NCBI RefSeq assembly: GCF_964194155.1
Contig: NC_135891.1
Coordinates: 100,378,001-100,442,000, forward strand
DNA: 64,000 nt
Reading direction: 5' to 3'
Source of the DNA: Cetorhinus maximus
Lineage: Eukaryota
Made by a program: the position numbers and the translations under genes. Positions 1-12,063 of the stretch are shown piece after piece; the first letter of the stretch is position 1, and the number at the start of each line of letters is the position of its first letter. The notes under the pieces were generated by a model. The model searched no databases, was not told where the DNA came from, and saw only the letters and a list, made by a program, of their open reading frames with translations.

Positions 1-424
1 ACCTATTACTCCAGTTAACTGATCACCTTGTGGAGGGGGAGTTAGGGTTTCTCACACAGCCTACAAGGAATTTAGTGGCCCTGGACCTTCTAGACTGGGC
101 ATTAGCTTGGCATCACATGTGATTGAGCTACATCCAGGTCTGTGGCGTCAGACTGTTGTCTATTAGTAACTTTATTTGAACTGTTAAAACTGGAACTGTT
201 GGGTATAGATTGATGTAATCGATATATTGATATATGTTATTGTTGGTGAGATGTTCTTGTTTAAAGATTTATTTTTGAATGCCTGTATCTTTTACAACCT
301 ATCATTTGCCTCTACAGTTTTTTCTGTTTTCTAATGGCTGATGTCAATGTAGAGCAACAAACCTGATAATTGCATCACAAGTAGTGAAGTTGATCCTTTG
401 TATTTGTGAACCAGGCATTAAGTC

Positions 425-1460
425 GTTATTTGTTCCTTGGTCTGGTCTGGGTAAGCACAGTCACGCACCAGAGAGTTTTGATTTTCCATTTGTGCAGCAG
501 GTATCTGCATCTGCCGTAGTTTATATGGATTAGGGTTGCAATCAGCTTCACAGGTGAACGCCAGGGATCTTCGGCATCATATCTTTGACAAGGTGCTCGT
601 TTGTGACGTCTTATGAACTCCATTCAGCTTTCCAAGCTTCATCAGGACTGAAGTCGCATTGCCGCAGGTTAAGTGCATGGGTCCAAGAAGGCTTGTGAGA
701 CTTTAGACTTTGTTGAGGCCCTGACGGATGGGCAGGTATTTTCTCCTCAATTCGCTGGACTTCCCAGAGGGTCATGGCATTGTGGTGAATGGATGAGGGA
801 GCAATAGGCCACAGCACAGGCAGCCAGGGCGTTGCAATTGATTTGGTTCCAGTGATATACCCACGTTGCAGTGTTCAGTTGGGCCTTAACAAATTGAATG
901 TGTCTACTTCTAATCTGTACTAGTGCACAGCTGCAATTACGCTAGGGCCATTGCTGATGTCAAAGCACTGACCATGATGCTCCTCAGTTTGACCTTGCCG
1001 GTTTCTGAACCAGTTTGACCCATGTCTATACCTTGAGAGCTGGACAGTTAACATGTGGTCTGGTTTTACTCTGAGATAGATCCGAATTACAGTGATAGTG
1101 TATCACAGATTCTAGCACAGCAGCTAGAATTTTCCCGTCCCTCATGCTGGCAGGATCTTTTGGTACCGCCGATGTGAATGGAGATTCCAATGGCTTGTCG
1201 GCCCTGCAGTGGGAGGGCGAGAAAATTCCATCCAGTATCTCTGTTTTTTCCCATATGCACATCTGAAGTTGCATATTGTGCGATGAGGATTTCTTCAGCC
1301 AACTCTAAACTGCAGTCCCCTGTGAGCCTGGGTTAGGTATCATGACCTGTGACCTGCTGGATTTTCTTTATCTGCGCCCTGTTCCAAGATTGCATTTCAA
1401 AAGACATCACTGTATTCAGAGTGAAGGGTTCATCAGCTTTCCAAAAGTAGGTGCAAAGCA
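425..1460 (-). mobile_element. Decayed I-group (Ingi/Vingi-like) LINE, RT and C-terminal part
   Basis: Minus-strand fragments read FGKADE (YADD-like, ~1445), PNP, WLPVLWPIAPSSI, LKSHKPSW, EAWKAEWSS, YGRCRYLLHKWKIK and a decayed CxC...QT.E.I finger; many frameshifts. Confidence 0.55.
1121..1233. mobile_element. Short Harbinger-type MITE inserted in the LINE relic
   Basis: Imperfect inverted ends cagctagaattttcccgtccc / gggagggcgagaaaattccatcc, resembling the GGGCWGAATTTT ends seen across the window. Confidence 0.5.
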
Positions 1461-2093
1461 AAGTGTCTCTGATAACCTTAGCACCTCTGCACATTTCAAC
1501 ATGTTGCACATTTCATGAAATCATAGGTATATTTCAATCAAGATGATTCTACAGTTACATTATGGGATGGAGGGAATTGCTGGATAACAGATGACCTGTA
1601 TGTCATGGGTCTGACTAATTTAAATAAGCATTGCTTTAAGACCACCAGGACTCACATCCACCTGGAGTTCTGTCATTGGTTTAGCCGTTCAATTTCAACT
1701 AACCATCCTTCAACCACAGGGAGATTCTCTAAATGTCATCAGTTATCTATTTGTTGGAATGTTGTACCTTTCAAATTAATTCTCACTGTGGATCTGTGAT
1801 AGACTTGAGGTTAGGGACAAAGGTATATATTGTATACAATCATCTCCGTGATGCTGTTTTCTGGGTAGTCTCTGCTTTCTTGGCTTCTGGTGAGATGCAG
1901 TTTTCAAACTGATGAAATGAGCATCTTCTTACTAAGTTCACGTTCTTCACAAGTTAATTGTCGCTCCAATGATTTCATTGAATAGCGTTGTTCTCATACG
2001 ATTGCTATTTATGCAGCACATATGTCCATACAAAACTGGGCATCATCGGGCATTCTCACTTTCAGCCATTGTATTAATACCCATTAATTCATT

Positions 2094-2759
2094 GGGCAGA
2101 ATTTAACGCTCTCCCCCAAGGCCCTTTTAAAGGCTTCACCCCACAGCCACTGGGTATTCACCGAGTGGTGAGTGGGGAGATCCTCATGCGGGAAGCACGA
2201 AACGCAAACCGTGTCAGGTTTGTTTGCAGGCTTTTGGTGGGGTGGGGGTGGGGGGGGAGGGGGGGGGGTGTGGGGGGGGATGGGAGGGGGGAGGCGGGGG
2301 GGGGTGTAGGGTGGGGGCGGTTTGGGGTGGGTGGGGGGGGGGGTTCCCTCGTTCAAAGGCTCTCAGTGCCTGATTGAGGGACCTGGCATTGAGAGCCACC
2401 CCTTACCCTTGCTGCCAACCCCCTCACCCCTCTCCCGTGACCCTGCCCAGTGACCCCCATTCTGTCCATCACTCAATTAGGTCTGGGTCCCTCGGCGATC
2501 CTCGGCCTCGGGTGGGTGTATTGCCAAAAGCTACCACTGCTCCCCCGGTGGCGCTGCCTAGCGGCAGCTGCTGGTCTCTGATTGGCCGGCAGCTCTCGGA
2601 TGGCAGGATTTCCGCCCCAGGGCAGACCTGCCGCTGCCCAGTTATGTGCCTGGGGAGGTACTTAATTTGACAGTCTTTTGAAAAAGAGGAGGCATGGGGC
2701 TCTCGCCAGCTCTCCAGCCATTGGGCAAGATCACCTGCTGCTTCTATTAAAGGCTGCCC
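2094..2759. mobile_element. Harbinger-type MITE with internal poly-G tract
   Basis: Ends gggcagaatttaa / ttaaaggctgccc; internal ctctgattggcc motif shared with other MITEs; flanked by duplicated attaattcatt. Confidence 0.7.
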
Positions 2760-2898
2760 ATTAATTCATTCAGCATGATTTCAATTTTCCTTTTTACAAA
2801 AGAAATAAAAATTTATTATGTTGTTATGCAACATGCATTCATCTATATGCCAGTTGCTTTAACTTACTGACGCCTTTACTAACCAACATTTGAAATTT

Positions 2899-3378
2899 TT
2901 TCCAATAATTTATATAGATTTTTCTTTTCTCACCTATTTCCATTATTTTTAAATGTATTTCCATCCATTGTTTTATCTCTACCTTTTAACCTATTTCGAT
3001 CCCTTCCCCCCACCCCAACCCCCACTAGGGCTATCTGTATCTTGCTCGTCCTGCTTTCTACCCTTAATGTCACCTATTAGCACATTCTTTGGATAATATC
3101 ACCACCTTCAACACCTCTTTGTCCTTTTGTCTATGACATCTTTCGATTATCTCCACCCATCACTGGACCTCTATCCAGCTCTACCTGTCCCACCCCACCC
3201 CTTAAACCAGCTTATATTTCACCTCGTTTCTATTTTTCCTTAGTTCTGTTGAAGAGTCATACGGACTCGAAACGTTAACTGTGCTCCTCTCCGCAGATGC
3301 TGTCAGACCTGCTGAGTTTTTCCAGGTATTTTTATTTTTGTTTTGGATTTCCAGCATCCGCAGTTTTTTGCTTTTATC
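2899..3378 (+). mobile_element. Penelope-like element terminal (pLTR) fragment
   Basis: gatgctgtcagacctgctgagtttttccagg...ccagcatccgcagtttt block recurs 7-8 times in the window; contains a hammerhead-like motif; 10-bp flanking duplication tttgaaattt (2889-2898, 3379-3388). Confidence 0.72.
3242..3280 (+). ncRNA. Minimal type I hammerhead ribozyme-like motif (CUGUUGA variant)
   Basis: agtt-CTGTTGA-a-gagtc atacg gactc-GAAACGTT-aact: stem I, stem II and palindromic ACGT stem III. Confidence 0.55.
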
Positions 3379-3989
3379 TTTGAAATTTGATGTATGCTTC
3401 ATCAACTCATCAACGTGTTGTGATACATTTCTATCCTTATCTATTTGCCGTCATTTAAAGACAGTAACAACTCTGGTGCTTCCTGAAGCTTTAGAAGAAT
3501 GCTTGCGTTGCATTTCACATTGCATGTTGTGCACCGCTTGTGATTATCTTTATTGTCCTATTGTCATTTGAGTTTTATGAGCATTGGCAGAGGTGCCTGA
3601 GAATCCTATGAAAACAGTTCTGCTCAGTTTGTCTTTAACTTCAGTTTTGAAGTAGTCTATTTAATCTCTTACAATTACCATGCATTCCTCTTTGGCACCC
3701 AGTCAATTGCCATTTTCATTAGTATATCTTCAGCCTGTAGAGTGACACTGCTTCCTTATTTTACATATATTCAATAAATTTTACTCCAGCTTTTTCTTTT
3801 GCATAACTCCTGCCTTCCAAATGTATCAGTTGTGTCCTGTGACATGCTCCCGTGGTGCACCTTGACATTTTGTTCCTTCTCCTTGTTTTTTTTGTTTTTT
3901 ATCTCAGAGCTCTGTATCTTTGTCCTACCTTCACTGAGAAGATGAAAGCAGTCTGCAAAATGGTTTATCTTTCAAAGGAGAATTTGATT

Positions 3990-4960
3990 TTGCTTTTCTG
4001 GTGCTCACCCTCATAAGGATGTGCAACGTGACACAGAACCTCCTCCCCTTAATCTTTGGTGTCCCACTCTTCTGGTTTCTGTTGCTTCACGTTTGACTTC
4101 TTCATAACGCCATTTTGACCGATTTGCTACAACTGAATCCACTCCATTCAGGACAGTCTTTCTCTGAAGCACATTGATGGAACTTCTTTGAAGATCAGCA
4201 TTCAATAATTTGCTTTTCAAGTTCAAAATCCACACTCTGCAATTTTAATTTCACTGCTAACTGTCCTGGCTGTATACAAAACTGGCTCTCTATTTCTCTC
4301 GCATACTATCGATAGGCAATTGCTTTGTAGATAGGTTTTGGAGTGCAAAATGATTGGTGCATGCTATTTTGCCACTGGCATAATCATTATTACCCTCCCA
4401 TCCCTCACTACAATACCCCCCTCCCCCAACCAACTCATTAGTTAGAGCATTGAAAATTTCTTCTAATACCAACATAGTCTAGTCAACTGTCAAGCCCTTT
4501 TCTTCTAAAAGTAGTCTATATTAAATCCAGTCATTGTCCCTTCAGCTTTACAGGCCACTTTGGCACCATTGATGTCATTTTGATAACATGAGTACAGGTG
4601 ACACATATTTTTAACATCTATCTTATGGTGCTTTTGCAAACCCTTGTCACCTGTGTTACATATGGTTCTGAATAAAACAGGGGGGAAAAACAAACTACCA
4701 CTGCTTCTGGCTGTATACTTTGTTCCAGCAAGACGTTTTCTAACAGACCACATGTAACTTAGCCAGGACATGTTACCACTCATTTGTAAGCTAAATACTT
4801 AATTAATTACTTCACATAATACTGTAGTGAACACTACATCCAAATCCTCTTTTACATAAAACAGAATATCATGGAGGTATCACCAATAATACCATGTCAC
4901 AATCATGAATATCAGGACCTACGTTCATGAGAATGGATCATTGCCACTGCTTATGTAGAC
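3990..4960 (-). pseudogene. Ancient Harbinger relic (transposase remnants followed by Myb/SANT-like remnant)
   Basis: Minus-strand pieces in Harbinger order: GIIGDT (cf. GAIDCT), LCKRGF (cf. NRKGF), TKYTARSSGSLF (cf. ARYPGSSHDSF), GDKG; then KWRYEEVKREATETRR...GGG at 4011-4235. Confidence 0.4.
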
Positions 4961-5079
4961 ATCATAATTATGTTTTGTTTTTGTACCTATTGCCTTATAT
5001 CACGTATATAATGTATGTCCTATATCCTACAGCTTAATCTTCAGATTTTTCCAGTAGCTTAATGCTGCTTTAAGAGTTA

Positions 5080-5214
5080 AGCTCTGAAGAAGAGTTGAAC
5101 GGACTCAGAACATTTACTCTGTTTCTCTCTCCACAGATGCTGCCTGGCCCACTGAGATTTTCCAGCATTTTCTGTTTTTATTTCCGATTTCCAGCATCTG
5201 CAGTATTTTACTTT
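5080..5214 (+). mobile_element. Penelope-like terminal fragment beginning at a decayed hammerhead motif
   Basis: agctCTGAAGAagagttgaacggactcagaac followed by tctccacagatgctgcc...ccagcatctgcagtatttt. Confidence 0.7.
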
Positions 5215-8200
5215 CGTGCATTAAGGGTTCATGGAAATACTTGATGTTATTGAGTTGATGTGTTATGTTGCAAGCATTATTCTTTCTCCTTCTGATATGT
5301 TAATTCAATTCATATAAAAATGGCAACACACATGCAGTCAAATGCCTAATCCAACACATGTTCACTTGTAGTTTATCCTTAGTGTATTGACCATTAGAAT
5401 TCTCTAAGTTACATCTACAAATGCTTTAAACAAAGGTTCGTTAATGAAAGGCATCAGTCACCGGCAACAACTGAGCATCGTCCACAGAGTCATCAGGTTC
5501 TCTAAGCCCTGTAATTAAAAGAGCTGCATCATCAAATAAATCTACAACATAAACTGGAACACTTTATCTTCACTAAATACTCTGTCTTTGAGGCCCCAAC
5601 TAAATTAGAACATTTTAGATTGTTTTAAAAGAATAGCCCATCCAATGGCAAAACAGAACCAAGAATCTATCAACACTTGCACAACAGATAGATAGCGCAA
5701 GGTTTATTTTTAATTTTAGCTCCGGCTCAGACGTAGCAATTCCTTTACAAAATAACACAACCTTCTCATATATTTGTCAAAGTTTTTTTTTTGCTTTGTC
5801 TACAGACAATAAATCAGTTCTAAATGATTAAGAACTGATGTCAGTCTCAGCAGGATGGTGATGCTGTGATAGTGCTCAACTTTGTGAGCCCAATCCATTT
5901 GCGTAATTATTGAGTCAGGTTCAGGTACAGATTCTACAAACCTTCATCACCAGTATTCAGCTTGGTGCTGGATTCTGAATCAATCTGAAGAGAAATCATT
6001 CATTTCCCATCCCGGCTTGTCAGCTGCTCATATTTCCAAATGACCACTAGCAAATCAACTAAGGTGTGGGTCCCCCTGCTAAATACATACACAGCTACAT
6101 GATATAGTTTTAGTCACTACATCCCCACCCTCTTTTTGTATAAAATATAATGTCATGGATGCATTACCACACAGATGGGTCAAGTGAAGCTGGAAAATCA
6201 GAAAACGTTTTCATCACAATGAGATTTAAAAGTGCTGACAGCCTTAAAAGATATTGTATCCCATTAGGAGCTTTTGCCAAAGCTGAAAAGGAAGAGAGGA
6301 TTAAGAAGGGCAAAAATGAAAGGTGTGGAAACCCAACAGGCAGACATAAGTCGGCAGGCAAGTGACAAAATGGGCCAACCCCCGGCTCTCTGTTTGATGA
6401 TGACTAAAGTGTCCTTTGTGCTAACATTCCTAGAAACCTGCATTGCAGCATGCTTAATGCTGTAGCTGATTAATACTGCCACTGACAATGTCAGCCTTTT
6501 TGCATATCATTGGAGCATGTTATCACCATATTATGGCCCTACATCTGGCACTCTGCTAACCTGACACTCCAAAAAAATGGCCTCCTACAGCTGTTTCCAG
6601 TTAATTGTGATAATACCTGGAAATCTGGTTTCATGGCATCTCGATCGGTGCGACCAATCAGGACGCGAAGCCTGATAATCCCCCCTGCCATTCCTAACGT
6701 TGTACGGTAGCATGCAAACAATGGCATGGTGTGGTTGGAGCTCTTCAGAACAACCACCTAGTATTATGGTCTGTCAGTTCTTCACTATCATATCAGTGCC
6801 AGGGGACGACTGTCACAATCTAACCTGAGATCTAGAACCTCCACATGCAGTAATCATCTGCTAAAGGGTTGTATGTTCACTTCTGTCTCCAGGTACAGGT
6901 GTGTGGATGCCAGAAGGCTGGGGCAGCACAGCACTCCTGCTGCCAAGCACCTCATTTACACCAGAAATGCTGCTGGGGAGGGAAAAGAATTGATGCAAAG
7001 CTCAGGCCCAATTTTAACACTATGCAAGTGAATGGGTTCTGAGTGAGTCAAAATCTCGCCTGAACACTCAGGAGAACTTACCAGCAGAGATATAATAAAA
7101 GAAAGAAAATAGGACATGAAAAGGCCCAAAAATGATCAAATTAACCTTTTTATTGGCCCTTGAAACTTGCTGTTAGCAGCTCACAATCCTGGACGCCCAT
7201 TTATGTGGACATGATTGCTGGAAAATGATGTGCAATGTGTTATGTCCCTTCCACATGATTTGGCTATAATAATGATGTCCCTGCCTGTTTTAGCAGGATG
7301 GTGTTCTTAACCCACTGTCCACCCTGATAGTGTCATGTGCAGAGGAACGGTGGCACAGATTGCCACCCCTTTCTCAGCACCATAATGCACCATGAACTGG
7401 TACATTTGGAGCATTCACAAGATTCGAATCAGCCCAGGAGCTCACAAACCACATTGGACTCTTTGTTATTAAGGCTGCATCAGTTTCTTCTGTCTGTCCT
7501 TTCTTTACAATCTAAGAATTTAAATGGCAAAACAGCAAATAGGAAAGCTTGTCCACAGGAATAAATGGAAGGACAGCATTTATTATAAAATATCAACAAT
7601 GTGTGGAAGTATTTTTAATATGCCAAGACACTTAAAGGGTTTGAACAACTGTATAAACTGCTCAGTCTCTGTTTATTATGCCATTTTAAGCCAGTCAAGT
7701 GTGTTACAGCCTTGTAAAATGTTCCCAGCCATTTGTTATTCCCTGTGTAAAATGACACAAGTTTTAACTTATTGATTGCACAAAACACTGCAAATAGTAC
7801 TGCCTATTGTTGAAGCCACTGTAGCAGTATTTTATTCAAGTCTATATAGCAATGATGCACGTCGGGGACAGAAGAGAATGATTGGAAAAAATAAACTATC
7901 TGATAGTGCAGGGCTATATTAACACTATTATAACATTTGAACAGCGAGCCACACAATGGGCAGAATCTTGTTGAAGCGGCCGGGGTCTTGGCTGCTGCCT
8001 GGAGAGCTGGCGAGAGCCTCTCATCGCCTCATTTAGAGAAGGTCTGATGCATCTTATTCCACTCAGGCATTTGACAGGCCAGCAATGGGGCCTTCCCTGG
8101 GGATCTAGGATCCAGGAGTGGAAGTCCCGCTTGGCAAGAGCAGCTGGCCAATCAGAGGCCAGCAGCTCTATTGAACAGCAATGCCTCAGGGTAGGTGATG

Positions 8201-8274
8201 GCTGCTGCTGGTAATGCACCCACCCGAGGCCAAGTATTGTTGTTGGGTTCCAGGCCAGTGATGGTGGGAGGCGG

Positions 8275-8441
8275 AAATAAAAACAAAAAAACTGCGGATG
8301 CTGGAAATCCAAAACAAAAACAGAAATACCTGGAAAAACTCAGCAGGTCTGGCAGCATCGGCGGGGAAGAACACAGTTCTGTTGAAGGGTCATGAGGACT
8401 CGAAACGTCAACTTTGTTCTTCTCCGCCGATGCTGCCAGAC
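8275..8441. mobile_element. Fold-back Penelope-derived insert inside the MITE
   Basis: Inverted arms 8347-8378 / 8410-8441 (30 of 32 match); exact 14-bp TSD atggtgggaggcgg (8261-8274, 8442-8455). Confidence 0.82.
8375..8413 (+). ncRNA. Minimal hammerhead ribozyme-like motif (CUGUUGA variant, GUC site)
   Basis: agtt-CTGTTGA-a-gggtc atgag gactc-GAAACGTC-aact. Confidence 0.58.
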
Positions 8442-10498
8442 ATGGTGGGAGGCGGGTTGGTCTGGCAGGGCGGAGGTTGCAGGGGAAAGAGAGGGAGAGG
8501 GGAGGGGGGAGGGGACAGCAAGAGGTGGGGGATGTGGCTCTGAGCGCATCCCTCCCAGTGCCAGTGTCGATTAGGCACTGAGTGCCTTTGAATGAGTGGC
8601 TCCCTCATGAGCCCTTAAGTGACCCCACATGGGTTTGTTTGTTATGTTCTCTGCATGGCAAGCTCCTGCCTGCTGCTGGGTTCATACCAATGGCGATGGG
8701 ATGAAGCTCTTAAGTAGGTATTAATTATCCACTTAAGGTCCTCAGTTGGCCCATCCACGGGCCTTCTCACAACAGACTTAATCAGGGTGGAGGCAGGAAG
8801 ATGGCAAAGTCCATACCCATCACCCTCCAGCCTGGTTAAATGCTCCCAACCTGCAACCACCAAACTGACCACAGGGACGGGCATAAGAATCCACCCAATG
8901 TGTACTTTGTTTACATTGCATGCCCCGGCGTGTTTGGTTTATGTAATATTAATTATACTTTGTTGTGCCATTTTTGAAGATTTTTCTGCTATCCGATGTT
9001 GCATAGAGATGGAGCTGTTGATGAGTTGATGCTGTTTGGGCTTTGGGTCATCTAGGGTCAATGTGTTTGGTTTCAGTGTGTGGTTATGGGACCCTGTGGT
9101 CATTCTGTGGGCCTAATAAGCCTACAATAGAAAGGTAGCAGTGGGAAGGAATGAGGGCCAGGAATGAGCAAGCCAGGAACAAAAATAAGAGAGTAACAGG
9201 TCAGAGGGGGGAGGTAGAGAGACAAACTAGATGAAAGACAGAATGTGACTAACTCAGCTTCTGACTTGGGGGCATGGGGTTCGGGAATGTTTGATCATAT
9301 TGCCAGAACTCCTGGAGTAGGTGGATAACTTACAACCCACATGCGAAACACACTGAACAAATCCTCACACATGCCGTGTGAACGGGCTTATCCCATAAAT
9401 CCTTTCAGTAGATAGTGCAAAAATATGATTTATCAGAGCTTTGGCACACAGCTATATCCAGCGAAGGGACCTGCTGCAGCTAATCAATGTATTGCCTTGG
9501 CAACACACATTGCCAATAAAATACATGCTGTAATATTATTATAGGTATAATCCATTAAATGAAAGGTGCGAGTATCAGAATAGAAAATTGGGTAATGAAC
9601 TGAATTAAAGCCTCCAGAGAGATTTCTTTTCTTGGAGTTCATCCCAAAAGGGTATAGGACAGAAATCGAATATGTTTGGCTTTTCTCCATCAGGCCCTTA
9701 ATGTTTATTTTGTTGATTGAAATATAAATAAAGTAGCTGGTAATGATACTATTTTCTGATGTAGTGCCACTTCTGATCTGACACACATTGCTTACTCACA
9801 GAGAATTCACAGAAAAGTTCTCTGCTGGAACACAGTTCTTTGCAAGCTTCCCAAAGCCAAGGATTTTTGCAAATTGGTTTCACAGCAAACAGGAAAAAAC
9901 AATGCTGAGTGTATGCATGAAGTATCCAAGTGAATTTTATGCTCAAGCAAAGCCATTGGTACAGTTCAGGCTCCTCACAACAGGCTTTGTACCATAAGCA
10001 AGCCCTCAATTCCTATATGAACTTAAGCATAATGTTAATGTGTTGAAGGATGAGCTGTAAAGATGCCAGGTGAACCCTCTACCATTTTATTGTAAACCTG
10101 CCAATGAATAGCATGTAGGATTCCATTACATCTTATGACACTTGAATAAGACGGAAAATAACAACCATAATATCACCATTTTGCAACGCAAATTAATATA
10201 CAAAATAAAAATGTTTACAGAAGTAATTCAGGCGAGGCACTGATCTTAAGCCAACCTGCTTCTTAGGAGTAAGATTGTCTGCTGGAGGACAATTTACATA
10301 AGCACCAGTTTGTGGAATTTAAAATTTCCTTGTGCCACAGCAGGATGATCAAACTGCTTATTGCACAAAATGTCCTTAATTATCTAATAATCCCTTTTGA
10401 AAAACCATCATTTCCTTTGAAATTAGGTCAACTAAAAATGCTAACAAAGCTTACAATCTTTTTAACAAGAGATGACCACATGGGGTATTGATGAGAGC

Positions 10499-10634
10499 AT
10501 TAATATACCTTGTCTGGGATTGAACCGTTCGTGCAATTCAACCCACAATAAACAGTAGATACATCCTTTGCATAATTGGCTCTTAGCACTTTTAACTTAA
10601 TTCACTTTATGCTCAAGAACGATGGCCATTTAAT
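10499..10634 (+). repeat. Donor copy of a 136-bp local duplication
   Basis: attaatataccttgtctgggattgaacc...gatggccatttaat recurs at 11317-11452 with about 7 substitutions. Confidence 0.92.
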
Positions 10635-11135
10635 TCCTTATACATACCATTCCATTTGTATTACTTCCACAGATCGACAGTGGGAGCCCCATTTAAGTGT
10701 GCAAGTAATGCTGGTGGAGTGGCAGCATCTCTGAGGAATTCCCCAGCCCTTGAGCCTGTACTTGAAATGACATCAGTTGTCCTCCTGATATCTTGTAAAC
10801 AGTTCAGCTTCCATATTGGAAAGTTATATTGCCAGTGTTTCCAAATTTATGTGGAAAACTAAGAGACAAGAATATTTATTTTGTCATAGCCTTTATTGGA
10901 AAGTGCATTTTTAATGCTAACGTAAGGACCATATTATGCTAGTAAACTAACATACAGATAATTTTGTCAGTACAGCATATTTCAAGCCTACTTCTTAACT
11001 TTGCTAAAATGCCCTACAGCGTATAAATATAATGCTCAATGAAATTGTTTGTTCCCTGGTCATAACTTCACAGGATCGCAAAAAGCTCTACCCCTAATGA
11101 GGTGAAATTATTTAACATATTTAAATAAACACATG

Positions 11136-12031
11136 GGCCAGAATTTTACGCTCCCCCACCGGCGAGTTTTTAGGTGGGGGGAGCGTGAAATTGCAGGGAT
11201 GGGATTCCCTCCGGGTTACCACCCGCCCCAACCTCACAACAATTTTACGCTGGGGCGGGCAAGGCCTCAGATGGGAAGCCCACCCTTGCCCCAATTGAGG
11301 CCCTGAGGTGGCCAATATTAATATACCTTGTCTGGGATTGAACCATTCGTGCAATTCAACCCACAATAAACAGTAGATACATCCTTTGCATAATTGGCTT
11401 TTAGCGCTTTTAACTTAATTCACTTTATGATCAAAAATGATGGCCAATTAATGGCCACTTTAGGGTCCTTTCCCGCCTAGCCTCAATTTTCAGGCGGATA
11501 GGACTATTGAACATCCAAGGGGGAAGGCAGCAAATAAACAAATTGAATCTCAGGCTGGGGGCGGGTGGAGGGGCACCTCCATCAGAAACCCCTTTCAGAC
11601 TGGGGGCACCCCCTCCTTAAGGCCCAGTGACGTCCAGACCTCCCTCCCAATGCCCTGGCCACTTCCCCAAGACCCCAATCCCCCCCCACTTTGAGACCCT
11701 GCTGGACTTCCCTACCATCCCCACCCTGGGACCCCTGACATTTACCTTTTCCTCCGGTCCCCAGACTTAGTCTCAGGCCCCCTCATGAAGTTCCTCCTCT
11801 GTCCACTGCAGCGCTGTTGCTGCAGGTACTAGAGAATTGTCAACCAATCAGATTGGCAACTCTCTAAGGTGGGCTTCCTCCCAACTGAGGGGGTAGGTCC
11901 TGCCTGCTGCCAATCAACGCTCATTGGAGCGTAAGTTTGCAGTGGGGGCAGCCAGAGTCGGCGAGGGTGTGTTCCCCACCAACAGTTCCGATAGCAGGAG
12001 GCGAGCCCCTGATGTTCTAAAAATTCAGGCC
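11136..12031. mobile_element. Harbinger-type MITE carrying a 136-bp captured segment (11317-11452)
   Basis: Ends ggccagaatttt / aaaattcaggcc; TSD ATG (11133-11135, 12032-12034). Confidence 0.8.
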
Positions 12032-12063
12032 ATGGGGTATTTTTGTGTTGGAGTTGAAACCTG

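Larger units (their letters stand above)
7958..8896. mobile_element. Harbinger-type MITE
   Basis: Ends gggcagaatctt / aagaatccaccc; 3-bp TSD AAT; internal palindrome cttaagtaggtattaattatccacttaag (8709-8737). Confidence 0.75.

Noticed and set aside
2084-2399. Pro-rich and Gly-rich ORFs (also 20394-20972)
   Set aside because: Translations of poly-G/poly-C low-complexity tracts.
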